This document shows positions 15,001 through 20,112 of a DNA stretch of 64,000 nucleotides, in pieces. The DNA is from Candidatus Oxydemutatoraceae bacterium (lineage in GTDB: Bacteria; Pseudomonadota; Gammaproteobacteria; Poriferisulfidales; Oxydemutatoraceae), in NCBI GenBank assembly GCA_965218975.1, contig OZ244717.1, forward strand, positions 1,824,001-1,888,000, read 5' to 3'. Position 1 is the stretch's first letter, and every line of letters begins with the position of its first letter. A program made the position numbers and the translations under genes. The notes under the pieces were generated by a model. That model worked only from the letters and a program-made list of their open reading frames with translations. It did no database searches and was not told the DNA's origin.

Positions 15001-15016
15001 AACAAAACTTCAACAT
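1..15016 (-). CDS. Giant secreted surface protein/adhesin (>=5000 aa, C-terminus beyond left edge) with Calx-beta, fibronectin type III and cadherin-like repeats
   Basis: Hand translation from ATG 15016 gives MLKFCCSRALSRAQSFSFGLCLLAVLIASVYAEPAHA|QTAPA (Sec signal-like); in-frame alternative ATGs at 15092 and 15140. The same frame reads PLLDDAVYERNQSFSVVLK at the left edge. FN3 motifs (WDAP..YxFEVRAVNAAG) at about 13540-14150, 12430-12720 and 2050-2340; cadherin-like ALFEIDPATGELSF..PDFENP at about 970-1260; many IIDND/DDxxxEGDE Calx-beta motifs. Its absence from the ORF track is consistent with no stop inside the window, but not every codon was checked. Confidence 0.88.
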   Translation of the reverse strand, partial: MLKFCCSRALSRAQSFSFGLCLLAVLIASVYAEPAHAQTAPAIIDINIVSQPASRDTYFFDEMIEVALMFDETVTVTGVPLTELNIGGPRTARYVRGSGSDTLIFAYTVEADVFDDDGIGVTQNTLAQDGDIDMGHRGGAGVAIVSADDTPIDLSNSARDFPDVFVDGGPFVSIVSPRALVTEGESAVFTVTRMGDVSAELTVELSLSVPDNDFSRLLVAGSLPNIVEAPEFTFLASEASMMLSIPILDDSIANAKPFSITISLTPRDRYIVDPGQGSATVQVADNDFPPDAPRNLRFSRIDPQVSQQEGVDLWLLAWDAPLYFGSTPLETYQFRYSNDDGSTWDPDWDYISDELPFDMDLFGPAPLQLLSGLDIGTRYTFEVRAVNAAGNGASARIVETPTVPTAPTGLRLRGILFDIAELIWTAPFDAGTAPINRYEYRVSRDGGTTWGPDWTDVGATLAVEINLSEGENTFEVRAVSAEGAGAVARLTQSWRNVRPFIVALDVPTTVDESAEVISFSVSLSEGSFLPGVSPPRGAITLFFSTNDGSATAPADYIALDAVPLVFLPEAVGHQDKTPQAQNLEIRIRDDLIIEDAETFSLVVSEVVFSDPQDVLDGDSDDRAEITIEADAAVSSTSFSLEFSEEEIDEGEVIAVTVRSENGFKEDQVFTLTIDAQDAEFPGDYTVADEGGNLLQPPFWLTLPASGTTMPTAGDSVRTMLNRAVTFFLTFTDDPVFEESKQTTLTVSHAEIGVLGEATSTVVDNDIVPGAPENLTAVGHSAGVFLEWDAATDPGTAPIDHYEFRISDDDGITFLSWSGFTVPGFFGRLNFPIFDQEILIEVRAVSAAGAGAAARTTVTQRSSRMLYRMAFDAPAYTVNEGEDTEVRIILNSESPAVTNGEIIVAVSARAGSATAEDYTFEQTVTFPAGSEVNDFMLISLTAVEDAFFERDESFSLFISDVSAPHSNDEVIVDNMVFSFSPNLEATVTIIDDEEKPSVLVTPSFPSGDNSFREGVAGMFAIQLEGDLLPRDIEVTLELSGTATFGEDYILTDATTDALLTPPPVLRLPAGERFAEPIRITFIDDDIVEVGEILTYKPTTKSGPDFTILESFGDSSSIIDNDIGVAFAASTAEVTVGASVEARLILQNEASLPTTAGVVTVQLESSEFELDPSELTLSRTMPRATFTISAPHDIGLRTGEVKIAEVMSPDGFTVSRSTAPLMVETVARRFRLSFDGEDQTVMAGGTTTIDVSLTGIAVAPSSTPTLGADERLTVAFSYTGEGVTITPSELTFTAGAPTAQLRLDAAFDVGGTTGTLTAALRGAPPDETIATVESAALPVEIVGREFALESTFDRLSLIASGDSATIDVSLVGIKTPLGMPMLSEDERLTVEFSYTGRGVTIEPPTATFTRDQRSAQLTLTVAINANTGTLTARAIDSSETTVTLALPIDIVPTVGIFPFGEGLFRVEDLDSFFDLRRTDSAGQLEVIVELAGEQLTGATSRTVVFDDGVTQETAIRIDVEPISGWNLGTTLTATLLPSEDYTIAPTAASVQFHVLNSSDDPPAMVIRFTTTRIEVIEGENYMLRGFLETDLDQRPLTAIFGDINFDDGSAMAPSDYDYGAAISFGGTPIDIPTRGTRRRGNTEDGFRYRDEFTVENTGDDVVVRSVEDPSVVRRNNAIVSFLDFEGNPNKKGFLSTEDDLLAEGPEDFILSYVARHDDIVRVENGTITVIIIDNDFGVVFKLPNGETPERVLLHSSASTEVTVAPAGENRLQEGESIEARFLMPSTESQRPTTQTVTLTATTSGTLTVGLAADVFSGEITFIDAQLFAPRAAPRAVNLVAPNAPALARLPIEAFPVVSISAARSEINELDTGLRPIVFTLRRSSADTATDLRGVTVRVSEPADEHRVLADGDADGFVTYTLRFVGDAATTELRVVTTGRMQGQWNPHTPIIAELLPGADYDVSPTRASARTLVRNIDDIASIVALEEDAIVVREGSAPAVYVLIETLNAGQQPNSLTFLAVSAFPGSAGSPSDYGIFSDLVPFPIESYMPFDDGAGQKYRSRVNAIAPDRKPHVTKRDGLAEGDEDYEFILELSPGQGGNVMFGRDKVRVTIIDNDYAAVFTDPRTREVFAVPPDAIFRSPSGERFEHGEVLAGATRELGVMLVGPNELRSGESIVARFLVPSPESSAPVVQEVTFTQEAPSAMLEVGAPYNAPSTLKVSFSDARLFTDGDFTDNVALVAPVAPEFRDNNSANGEVRASTPAFLILDVIFDREFILTFEPELQAVDAGGAATVSLSLSGNETSLGTSMLGEDERLTAEFFYTGEGVAAQPVTFTAERTTVEVRLNAALTATGGVITAAFADASSITATPGSGKLEVAINPAVGIFAARPRIDEGDDLVFDLQRTDSGDELAVMVRVTEPADDNRVLVSDPTDSPTGESAHTVSFAQGAMTAQLRIATVDDEVWEAHAPVTATLLLESDYLIAPAASSTTVEVSDNDFAATTVRPQHDAQAAREIDGTVAIPIIIAMDNPGEVNHRALTLSVEPASGEATLGADFSGFIEEIVVWPADYTLSADGRYEAIVAASVEIIDDFLIEARESFTVDIRLSPADARLKLTAADSVVTITIIDNDQVVFGLSQDQPIATGDAARALAVASTQVYVMLRDPKSIAAQQEVLVTLDSAEFGLDKTELVLTAAQPSAVFTIHVPYAAATGEITATAELSGEEAVIFLTPLPVEVIEREFTLRFAMLEQAVAAGGSTPVSLILFGEPTMFGDSMLGEGEQLTVEFFYTGRGVAAEPVVFTAASMSVEAHLNAALDATDGTLIAAAAEATNATVTSTRVPVDIVTLPLISISAASAVVNEGEEIVLMLTRTVLPDAELTVDMEITETGGDRIAAVDKRRRTIPFAADEKERMVAVATLSDLTIDFDSLVRAALLPGGVSYAVSSTRGATEVTVSETNEAELSLLIEPNSVVEGDGRVVTLRVGIDNNVTFAADQTIMFDFRGGSAVRRDDFRVNKDTLTLRGGERESVDYITITVINDTQIEGTERIEIKALLNGAEVARGSLDIENDDMAMLVFDRTSIDVTEGDTAMFRVNVLPIGNCTIPYLVIVAFEYDDSGGVLTGNPPAEARLAPCDRSFSIDLPTHDDTIISGDRSVTVNAIFEATEQVRFDPPLSLPITVRDDESLEVGVTFVTPSSNPLDTAQPRTAQVLANGATDVQVRLWNPHLLEADDRVEVGLTATEVALLQSEFVLTQSEPSAMLTISAPYDAPASGEVALNAELVKVDGTREDITFTSSSLAVEVVAREFTLTFAEGSAGIEIFSDAPRLIVPAGGSQRFGLSLTPKETPLGVPILDAAERLAVDLGYTEDGVTVSPVTFDASRMTDESRLSATTAARSGEITVTLVGTASNITIETIEPRLDVRISSYLWISTATPEVQEGDDVVFTLQRADRGGSLILFVEVSEPADSNSVFNPNAELSFSVILADGEMMTEFRVPTADDEAWEADTIITAAMPEAVVGFITLVPTALTATALVTDNDVPDLTVRFASQTGSLIPPENLSPDEGVLIRVVEGDSYVTGKVLSETARNERPNGSFGMLLVTTGEERTVVGIDLVDIDLTFTVAPASFRVVDTAGEERYRSLIDLSAAGGDFRILDDFLAEGDETFFLNLVQPRDTPAGVAIGSPGHLEVVIIDDDYGVVFANSRGEILERAQVLASAATTELTVMLKDPARLRAGELIVARFLVPSSESPVPVTEEVTFAPAVLGATPSATLEIGAPYAVAPAAVSFVDADLLSDGVLTRAVYLVAPVAPEFRDGNENNGEVYTSSHAFLPVEAVAREFALESAEERLSLIAGGVSESFDLSLSPIETPLGIPTLGEDEVLTVAFSYTGEGVTIKPSTTTFTQGDSLELIFVEAAIDATTGTLTATVIDTPNAVVELELPIDIVPTVGIFTRMKSIKEPSGDLGSHESFRVHRTNSAGRLEVKVELAGRQLVGSTPRTVIFADGESEKDVFVEYEPIIGWNPDTTLTATLLPSADYMIAPTAARAETTVLNVDFPEAVCGFVTTRIEVIEGENYMPIISCTTDRDERPPIGGVFGVIIEIIAGTARDPADYDYNSGHTPFNLFDLSALNRGLFRFLDENRYRYAGRFTFKNTGNMIVSISENTGESLFSTGSTHLSFIEGDNLGEGLFSTKDDLLVEDNEDFSLKLILIDNERVGGPTRIENDTLTVIIIDNDSVAGAPANLAAEAGDTYAVLSWDTPADPGTSPIERYEYRASTDTATIEDQKWSIAGDATGQVRAQIVSDLTNDMTYIFQVRAVSAVGNGTTAEVTAAPNADAEAVFILTFDPSEYTITERDRQVTLTLKLISAGRVLLQDDVTVTVLTRDGSATLSDYTRLSIGNMAGVVFSPEAGVTESSQTVTVQITTDIIFEPDDEIFSVVIDAVTAADSADTVVIDRGEATVTIVDGGRMPVWRLGRLPSSVGESASTVSIVMQRTIGHIDRGHPLTLELGGTATFGADYVITDIAGNPLALPLTFNAPHRFEERILEARLIITDDAAVEGDETIEIHLSTTDPNVLLGNNTIQTITLADNDTLERFTIGERQTTTVSLVTEGSEDLRYAITGGADQALFEIDPATGELSFTAPDFENPTDVAGTDPINAAMNNEYVVTVTAIGHTAADRAVTAVRELTFVVTDLDESLPLIEMTAVKAQVAEGMPAMFRLSRIALMHVPLTVNVNVSQEGEVIRSEDSYRPPTSVIFAANEAEAILMVETAADETFESTGTVTAQIEAGNGYLLIDPVFASVEVADDDLPVISFAEETTFIVEERGRVEVELMLKDQAGGKTIVSEETITVDYVTADGTALAGVDYEAASGTLIFAPGETEKTIVIPLIADPFLESLETFTVRLSNANNATIDSASHIVRIIDRDAAEVRFVAGETTVDEGASAAELTLTLSIELPFSWTMNYRTQDGSALAGSDYVAMSGALTFAAGETEQTITIPLLDDAVYERNQSFSVVLK

Positions 15017-15327
15017 CTTGTCAATAAACCGCAATGCCCACCAAGCCGAAAATACGCTCAAGGGCCCGCTTGACGTTTGCGCAGTAAAACATTCGCAGTC
15101 GCTCATTCTGCAAACGACTCTCGGCGCCGCCGACTGCCATTATATACGGCATTATGTTCACGCTTACATTCATGTTGAAAAATCAGCACCGGTATTGAAC
15201 CCAATACTTCGTTCGCAATTTAATTTTGTGTGCGATCGGCCTTGCTTTCGCATGAGTATGAGTAATGTTTATGAATCCGAATTATTTTACAGACTTTAGC
15301 ACATGTGTTTAATGTCAGTCAACAAGA

Positions 15328-15418
15328 TGTACGATACCACCCTAAATGGGATTCTTGAAGAGCTTCCGGGGAAGCATTCGGCAGTAACATTCGGATCGGT
15401 GCTTTCTGTCCGTTGCCG
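15328..15418. repeat. 91-bp dispersed non-coding element, copy 1 (upstream of giant adhesin)
   Basis: About 91% identical (8 mismatches by eye) to 38332..38422. Confidence 0.9.
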
Positions 15419-15614
15419 ACATGAGGACGGTGCATAGCGTGCGGCTTCATAACTTACGAGTACCAACTGTAAACCCCCTAAATGCTCATCGAGTCAATTC
15501 AAATCCGTAAACAATCGTCCCGCATTATCATGCGCAAAACCTTGCCGCGGCGGCGCAGCTGAGACGCTCAGGCCGAACCGGCGGCGGCAAATATAAATTC
15601 CGACAAATAAAAGC

Positions 15615-15860
15615 TTAACTAGTAAATCTTAAGGCTAGAAATAATACAGAATTAAAAATGCCGACAGTAATAATTATCCGCCAAGTCAAACGCATTTCTA
15701 ATTCGGCTATTTTAGCCGCTATTTTAGATTCAAGTTTCGCCAAATCCCCTTTGGTTACGACGTCGTCCGTATGCGCGATGGTGTCGGCGGCGGCGCGCGC
15801 TTCCGCCTCGGTCGCATCCGGAATGCGGCGGAACAAGTTGTATAGGTCTATCGCGCTCAT
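15615..15860 (-). CDS. Small coiled-coil protein with C-terminal TM helix (DUF1640/CCDC90-like), array unit 1, 81 aa
   Basis: MSAIDLYNLFRRIPDATEAEARAAAD...TKGDLAKLESKIAAKIAELEMRLTWRIIITVGIFNSVLFLALRFTS. Start placed at the ATG shared with paralogs rather than the track's 15977. Confidence 0.8.
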   Translation of the reverse strand: MSAIDLYNLFRRIPDATEAEARAAADTIAHTDDVVTKGDLAKLESKIAAKIAELEMRLTWRIIITVGIFNSVLFLALRFTS

Positions 15861-16222
15861 GTCTTCAGTATAACCGATTGCGAAGACATAAACTACCCCA
15901 TGTATAAGTCCATAACATTCGGCACGGAGTTGCCGACTCAAACCGGCACGCGGTCGGTGCATAGCGTGCGGCTTCATAATTTACGAGTACCAACTGTAAA
16001 CCCCCTAAACGCTCATCGAGTCAATTCAAATCCGTAAACAATCGTCCCGCATTATCATGCGCAAAATCTTGCCGCGGCGGCGCAGCTGAGACGCTCAAGC
16101 CGAACGTTCGGCGGCGGACATTTCGGATCGGTCAAGCAAGGCACCAACATGCGCACGGGGGATCAAGACGTCATTGTGCAGGGAAAAAACCGGCGGCAAA
16201 AATAAGTCAGACAAATAAAAGC

Positions 16223-16447
16223 TTAACTAGTAAATCTTAAGGCTAGAAATAATACAGAATTAAAAATGCCGACAGTAATAATTATCCGCCAAGTCAAACG
16301 CATTTCTAATTCGGTTAATTCCATTTTTAAATCCGCTTTGGTTACGACGTCGTCCGCATGCGCGATGGTGTCGGCGGCGACGCGCGCTTCCGCCTCAGTC
16401 GCATTCGGAATGCGGCGGAACAAGTTATATAGGTCTATCGCGCTCAT
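16223..16447 (-). CDS. Small coiled-coil/TM protein, array unit 2, 74 aa
   Basis: Paralog of unit 1; TKADLKMELTELEMRL; RFTS C-terminus. Confidence 0.8.
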   Translation of the reverse strand: MSAIDLYNLFRRIPNATEAEARVAADTIAHADDVVTKADLKMELTELEMRLTWRIIITVGIFNSVLFLALRFTS

Positions 16448-16728
16448 GTTTTCAGTATAACCGATTGCGAAGACATAAACTACCCCATGTATAAGTCCAT
16501 AACATTCGGCACGGCGTCATCAACCCAAACCGGTATACGGTCGGTGCATAGCGTGCGGCTCCATATTTATGAACGTCAACTGTAAACCCCCTAAAACGCT
16601 CATCGAGTTAATTCAAATCCGTAAACAATCGTCCCGCATTATCATGCGCAAAATCTTGCCGCGGCGGCGCAGCTGAGACGCTCAGGCCGAACCGGCGGCG
16701 GCAAATATAAATTCCGACAAATAAAAGC

Positions 16729-16941
16729 TTAACTAGTAAATCTTAAGGCTAGAAATAATACAGAATTAAAAATGCCGACAGTAATAATTATCCGCCAAGT
16801 CAAACGCATTTCTAATTCGGCCAAATCCGTTTTCGTCGCGACGTCGTCCGCATGCGCGATGGTGTCGGCGGCGGCGTGCGCTTCCGCCTCGGTCGCATCC
16901 GGAATGCGGCAGAACAAGTTGTATAGGTCTATCGCGCTCAT
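16729..16941 (-). CDS. Small coiled-coil/TM protein, array unit 3, 70 aa
   Basis: Paralog with the shortest coil (TKTDLAELEMRL); RFTS C-terminus. Confidence 0.8.
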   Translation of the reverse strand: MSAIDLYNLFCRIPDATEAEAHAAADTIAHADDVATKTDLAELEMRLTWRIIITVGIFNSVLFLALRFTS

Positions 16942-17260
16942 GTCTTCAGAATAACCGATTCCGAAGACATAAACTACCCCATGTATAAGTCCATAACATT
17001 CGGCACGGCGTTGTCAACCCAAACCGGTATACGGTCGGTGCATAGCGTGCGGCTCCATAATTTACGAGTACCAACTGTAAACCCCCTAAACGCTCATCGA
17101 GTCGATTCAAATCCGCAAACAATCGTCCCGCATTATCATGATCATCATGCGCAAAACCTTGCCGCAGCGGCACAGCCGAGACACTCAAGTCGAATGTTCG
17201 GCAGCGAATATTTCGGATCGGGCAAGCAAGGCGCCGACATGCGCACGAGGGATCAAGACG

Positions 17261-17512
17261 TCATCGCGCGGAGAAAAAACCGGCGTAGGCAAACATTAAA
17301 CCGACCGCACCGATGACCGTGCCGATAATAACACTGGCAACAATAATCATTCGCCAAGTCAAACGCATTTCTAATTCGGCTAATTCCATTTTTAAATCCG
17401 CTTTGGTTGCGACATTGCCCACATGCGCGATGGTGTCGGCGGCGACGCGCGCTTCCGCCTCGGTCGCATCCGGAATGCGACGGAACAAGTTGTATAGGTC
17501 TATCGCGCTCAT
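17261..17512 (-). CDS. Small coiled-coil/TM protein, array unit 4, 83 aa
   Basis: Paralog with the second C-terminal type (IIVASVIIGTVIGAVGLMFAYAGFFSAR). Start placed at the conserved ATG. Confidence 0.8.
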   Translation of the reverse strand: MSAIDLYNLFRRIPDATEAEARVAADTIAHVGNVATKADLKMELAELEMRLTWRMIIVASVIIGTVIGAVGLMFAYAGFFSAR

Positions 17513-17829
17513 GTCTTCAGAATAACCGATTTCGAAGACCGAAGACATTGTGTACGGGTCCGATATATTGCGGATTCTTTAAGGCGGCTTGGAATCAACA
17601 TCCGGTATGCGATCGGTGCATAGCGTGCGGCTCCATAATTTACGAGTACTAACTGTAAACCCCCTAAACGCTCATCAAGTCAATTCAAATCCGCAAGCAA
17701 TCGTCCCGCATTATCATGCGCAAAATCTTGCCGCGGCGGCGCGAGCGAGACGCTCAAGCCGAACGTTCGGCGGCAGGCATTTCGGATCAGTCTGCCGAAG
17801 CGTTGATATGTGCGCGGGGGATCAAGACA

Positions 17830-18102
17830 TCATTGTCCGGAGAAAAAACCGGCAGAGGCAAACATGAGCCCCATTGCGCCGATGATGATTCCAGCTAGCG
17901 CCACCATCCATTTAATCAATTCGACTTTAAGTTCTGCCATTTTAGATTCAAGTTTCGCCAAATCCACTTTGGTTGCAAATTCGCTCAGGTCGTCTTTAGT
18001 AACGAACTTATCCGTATCAACCAAGTCTTCGACAGCTTTTTCTGCGAGCGCTTCCGCAGCGCCAGCTTGAATCAATGCTTTGTAAAGTGCGGTGGTGCTC
18101 AT
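17830..18102 (-). CDS. Small coiled-coil/TM protein (DUF1640-like), array unit 5, divergent N-terminus, 90 aa
   Basis: MSTTALYKALIQAGAAEALAEKAVE...FATKVDLAKLESKMAELKVELIKWMVALAGIIIG. The ATKxDL..ELK.ELIKW pattern resembles DUF1640 proteins. Confidence 0.82.
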   Translation of the reverse strand: MSTTALYKALIQAGAAEALAEKAVEDLVDTDKFVTKDDLSEFATKVDLAKLESKMAELKVELIKWMVALAGIIIGAMGLMFASAGFFSGQ

Positions 18103-18416
18103 GTTTTCAGTATAACCGATTTCGAAGACATTGTGTATGGGTCCGATATATTGCGGATTCTTTAAGGCGGCTTGGAATCAACATCCGGTATGCGATCGGT
18201 GCATAGCATGCGGCTCCATAATTTACGAGTACTAACTGTAAACCCCCTACCTAAACGCTCATCGAGTCAATTCAAATCCGCAAGCAATCGTCCCGCATTA
18301 TCATACGCAAAACCTTGCCGCGGCGGCGCAGCTGAGACGCTCAAGCCGAACGTTCGGCGGCAGGCATTTCGGATCAGTCTGCCGAAGCGTTGATATGTGC
18401 GCGGGGGATCAAGACA

Positions 18417-18656
18417 TCATTGTCCGGAGAAAAAACCGGCAGAGGCAAACATTAAACCGACCGCACCGATGACCGTGCCGATAATAACACTGGCAACAAT
18501 AATCATTCGCCAAGTCAAACGCATTTCTAATTCGGCCAAATCCGTTTTCGTCGCAACATCGTCCGTATGCGCAACGGTATCCGCGGCAGCGCGCGCTTCC
18601 GCCTCAGTCGCATTCGGAATGCGGCGGAACAAGTTATATAGGTCTATCGCGCTCAT
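18417..18656 (-). CDS. Small coiled-coil/TM protein, array unit 6, 79 aa
   Basis: Paralog; MSAIDLYN N-terminus with FFSGQ C-terminus. Confidence 0.8.
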   Translation of the reverse strand: MSAIDLYNLFRRIPNATEAEARAAADTVAHTDDVATKTDLAELEMRLTWRMIIVASVIIGTVIGAVGLMFASAGFFSGQ

Positions 18657-18988
18657 GTTTTCAGCATAACCGATTCCGAAGACATAAACTACCCCATGTA
18701 TAAGTCCATAACATTCGGCACGGCGTTGTCAACCCAAACCGGTATGCGGTCGGTGCATAGCGTGCGGCTCCATATTTATGAACGTCAACTGTAAACCCCC
18801 TAAACGCTCATCAAGTCAATTCAAATCCGTAAACAATCGTCCCGCATTATCATGCGCAAAATCTTGCCGCGGCGGCGCAGCTGAGACGCTCAAGCCGAAC
18901 GTTCGGCGGCGAATATTTCGGATCAGTTTGCCAAAGCGTTGATATGTGCGCGGGGGATCAAGACGTCATTGTCCGGCGGCGACGGAAC

Positions 18989-19558
18989 CTACTGGTAAAT
19001 AATTTCAACCCGGCGGTTTTTACTAAATGCTGCTTCGTTATTGCCGAATATCGCAGGTTTTTCCTCGCCAAAGCTGATGGTGGACAGCTGATTGGCGGGA
19101 ACTCCGTAAAACAATAAAATCCCTTTCACCGCTTGCGCGCGTCGTTCTCCGAGCGCAAGGTTGTAACCTTCCGACCCACGTTTATCCGCATGTCCTTCCA
19201 GCATCGCGAACACATCCGAATTTTTTTTCAGATATTCGCCGTGCTGACGAATCAACTCATCGCCTTGGGCACTGATATCCGAACGATTGAAATCGAAATA
19301 AATGATGTTGTAACGCAAAGACGGATTTTGCTCGATCGCATCTTGGTACACCTTATTCTCGCCGAGGGCAGCGTCGTTGCCGTACAAATCTTCAACGGTG
19401 CCGGCAACGCCTTCGGGATAAATCGTTGCGTCCGCGGCAGCGGGTGAACCTCCGTTCAAGGTTGCCGGTGTCTCCTCCGTCATCTGTGTAGATGCACATG
19501 CAACGAGCAACATAGCGGCAAAAACGTTAAAGATTGTTTGGGTAAGTCTTGAATTCAT
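18989..19558 (-). CDS. pal: Peptidoglycan-associated lipoprotein Pal (OmpA_C domain)
   Basis: Lipobox LLVAC; IYFDFNRSDI, EGHADKRGSEGYNLALGERRA, SFGEEKP, KNRRVEI. Start at ATG 19558 follows a GAGG SD. Confidence 0.9.
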   Translation of the reverse strand: MNSRLTQTIFNVFAAMLLVACASTQMTEETPATLNGGSPAAADATIYPEGVAGTVEDLYGNDAALGENKVYQDAIEQNPSLRYNIIYFDFNRSDISAQGDELIRQHGEYLKKNSDVFAMLEGHADKRGSEGYNLALGERRAQAVKGILLFYGVPANQLSTISFGEEKPAIFGNNEAAFSKNRRVEIIYQ

Positions 19559-19657
19559 AGCGACCTCGTCTGGTTTGTAAACGATAGAACAACACATTCG
19601 TATAAAACAGTATAGAATAGATTTCAAACAGATTATAGCTGCAGGAGGTCCATACTC

Positions 19658-20110
19658 ATGTCAATCAATATTTTGTGTGCCGCATACAATAAACTGCCCG
19701 CAGTCGGCATGTGGGTATCGTTGCTTGGTCTTCGCTTACTCATCGCTTGGGAGTTCTGGGGAGCGGGTATGAAGAAGTTTCACGGAGACAATTGGTTCGA
19801 GTCAATCGTCAACGACTTTCCTTTCCCTTTTAGCATCATCCCCACCGGCATAAGTTGGTTTATCGCGACTTGGACCGAGATCATCGGCTCGATCGCTTTG
19901 CTCATAGGATTCACCACACGGTTTTGGGTTCTGGCTTTGATTATCCTTGACCTTGTCGCTTGGTCGGCGGTACATGCCAATAATGGGTATAACGTTTGCG
20001 ACAACGGGTTTAAGCTACCGCTCATCTATCTTATCATGATGATTCCCCTGCTATTCAGCGGCCCCGGTAAACTGAGTCTGGATCACTTGATTCAATCGGT
20101 ACGTAAATAA
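19658..20110 (+). CDS. DoxX-family membrane protein (HvfX-like, MNIO-cluster associated)
   Basis: LRLLIAWEFW.AG..K, FPFPF, TEIIG..ALLIG..TR, GYNVCDNGFKLP, GPGKLSLD; AGGAGG SD upstream. Confidence 0.85.
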   Translation: MSINILCAAYNKLPAVGMWVSLLGLRLLIAWEFWGAGMKKFHGDNWFESIVNDFPFPFSIIPTGISWFIATWTEIIGSIALLIGFTTRFWVLALIILDLVAWSAVHANNGYNVCDNGFKLPLIYLIMMIPLLFSGPGKLSLDHLIQSVRK

Positions 20111-20112
20111 TA

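Larger units (their letters stand above)
15429..18975 (-). repeat. Tandem array of ~500-590-bp units: 7 copies of a conserved ~150-bp non-coding core plus 6 small genes
   Basis: Core GGTGCATAGCGTGCGGCT...CTGTAAACCCCCTAAA...CGCATTATCATGCGCAAAA...GCCGAAC starts at about 15429, 15956, 16543, 17037, 17615, 18198 and 18752. Confidence 0.95.

Noticed and set aside
189-15073. Dozens of + strand ORFs (60-303 aa)
   Set aside because: They are antisense shadows of the giant minus-strand gene, with Ser/Thr/Val- or Arg-rich junk translations.
16946-17188. 80-aa minus-strand ORF spanning the spacer core, and similar + strand ORFs in the spacers
   Set aside because: The frame is broken by a TGA or indels in the other six copies, so it is not a conserved coding sequence.
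15615-18656. Array peptides as substrates of the nearby DUF692 enzyme
   Set aside because: No conserved Cys (only one, in unit 3), no signal peptide, opposite strand, and separated from the enzyme genes by pal.
15429-18975. Array as a CRISPR, integron or DGR
   Set aside because: Repeats are ~150 bp and separate paralogous genes rather than unique spacers. No attC RYYYAAC/GTTRRRY pairing was recognised, differences between units are not adenine-specific, and there is no cas, intI or RT gene in the window.
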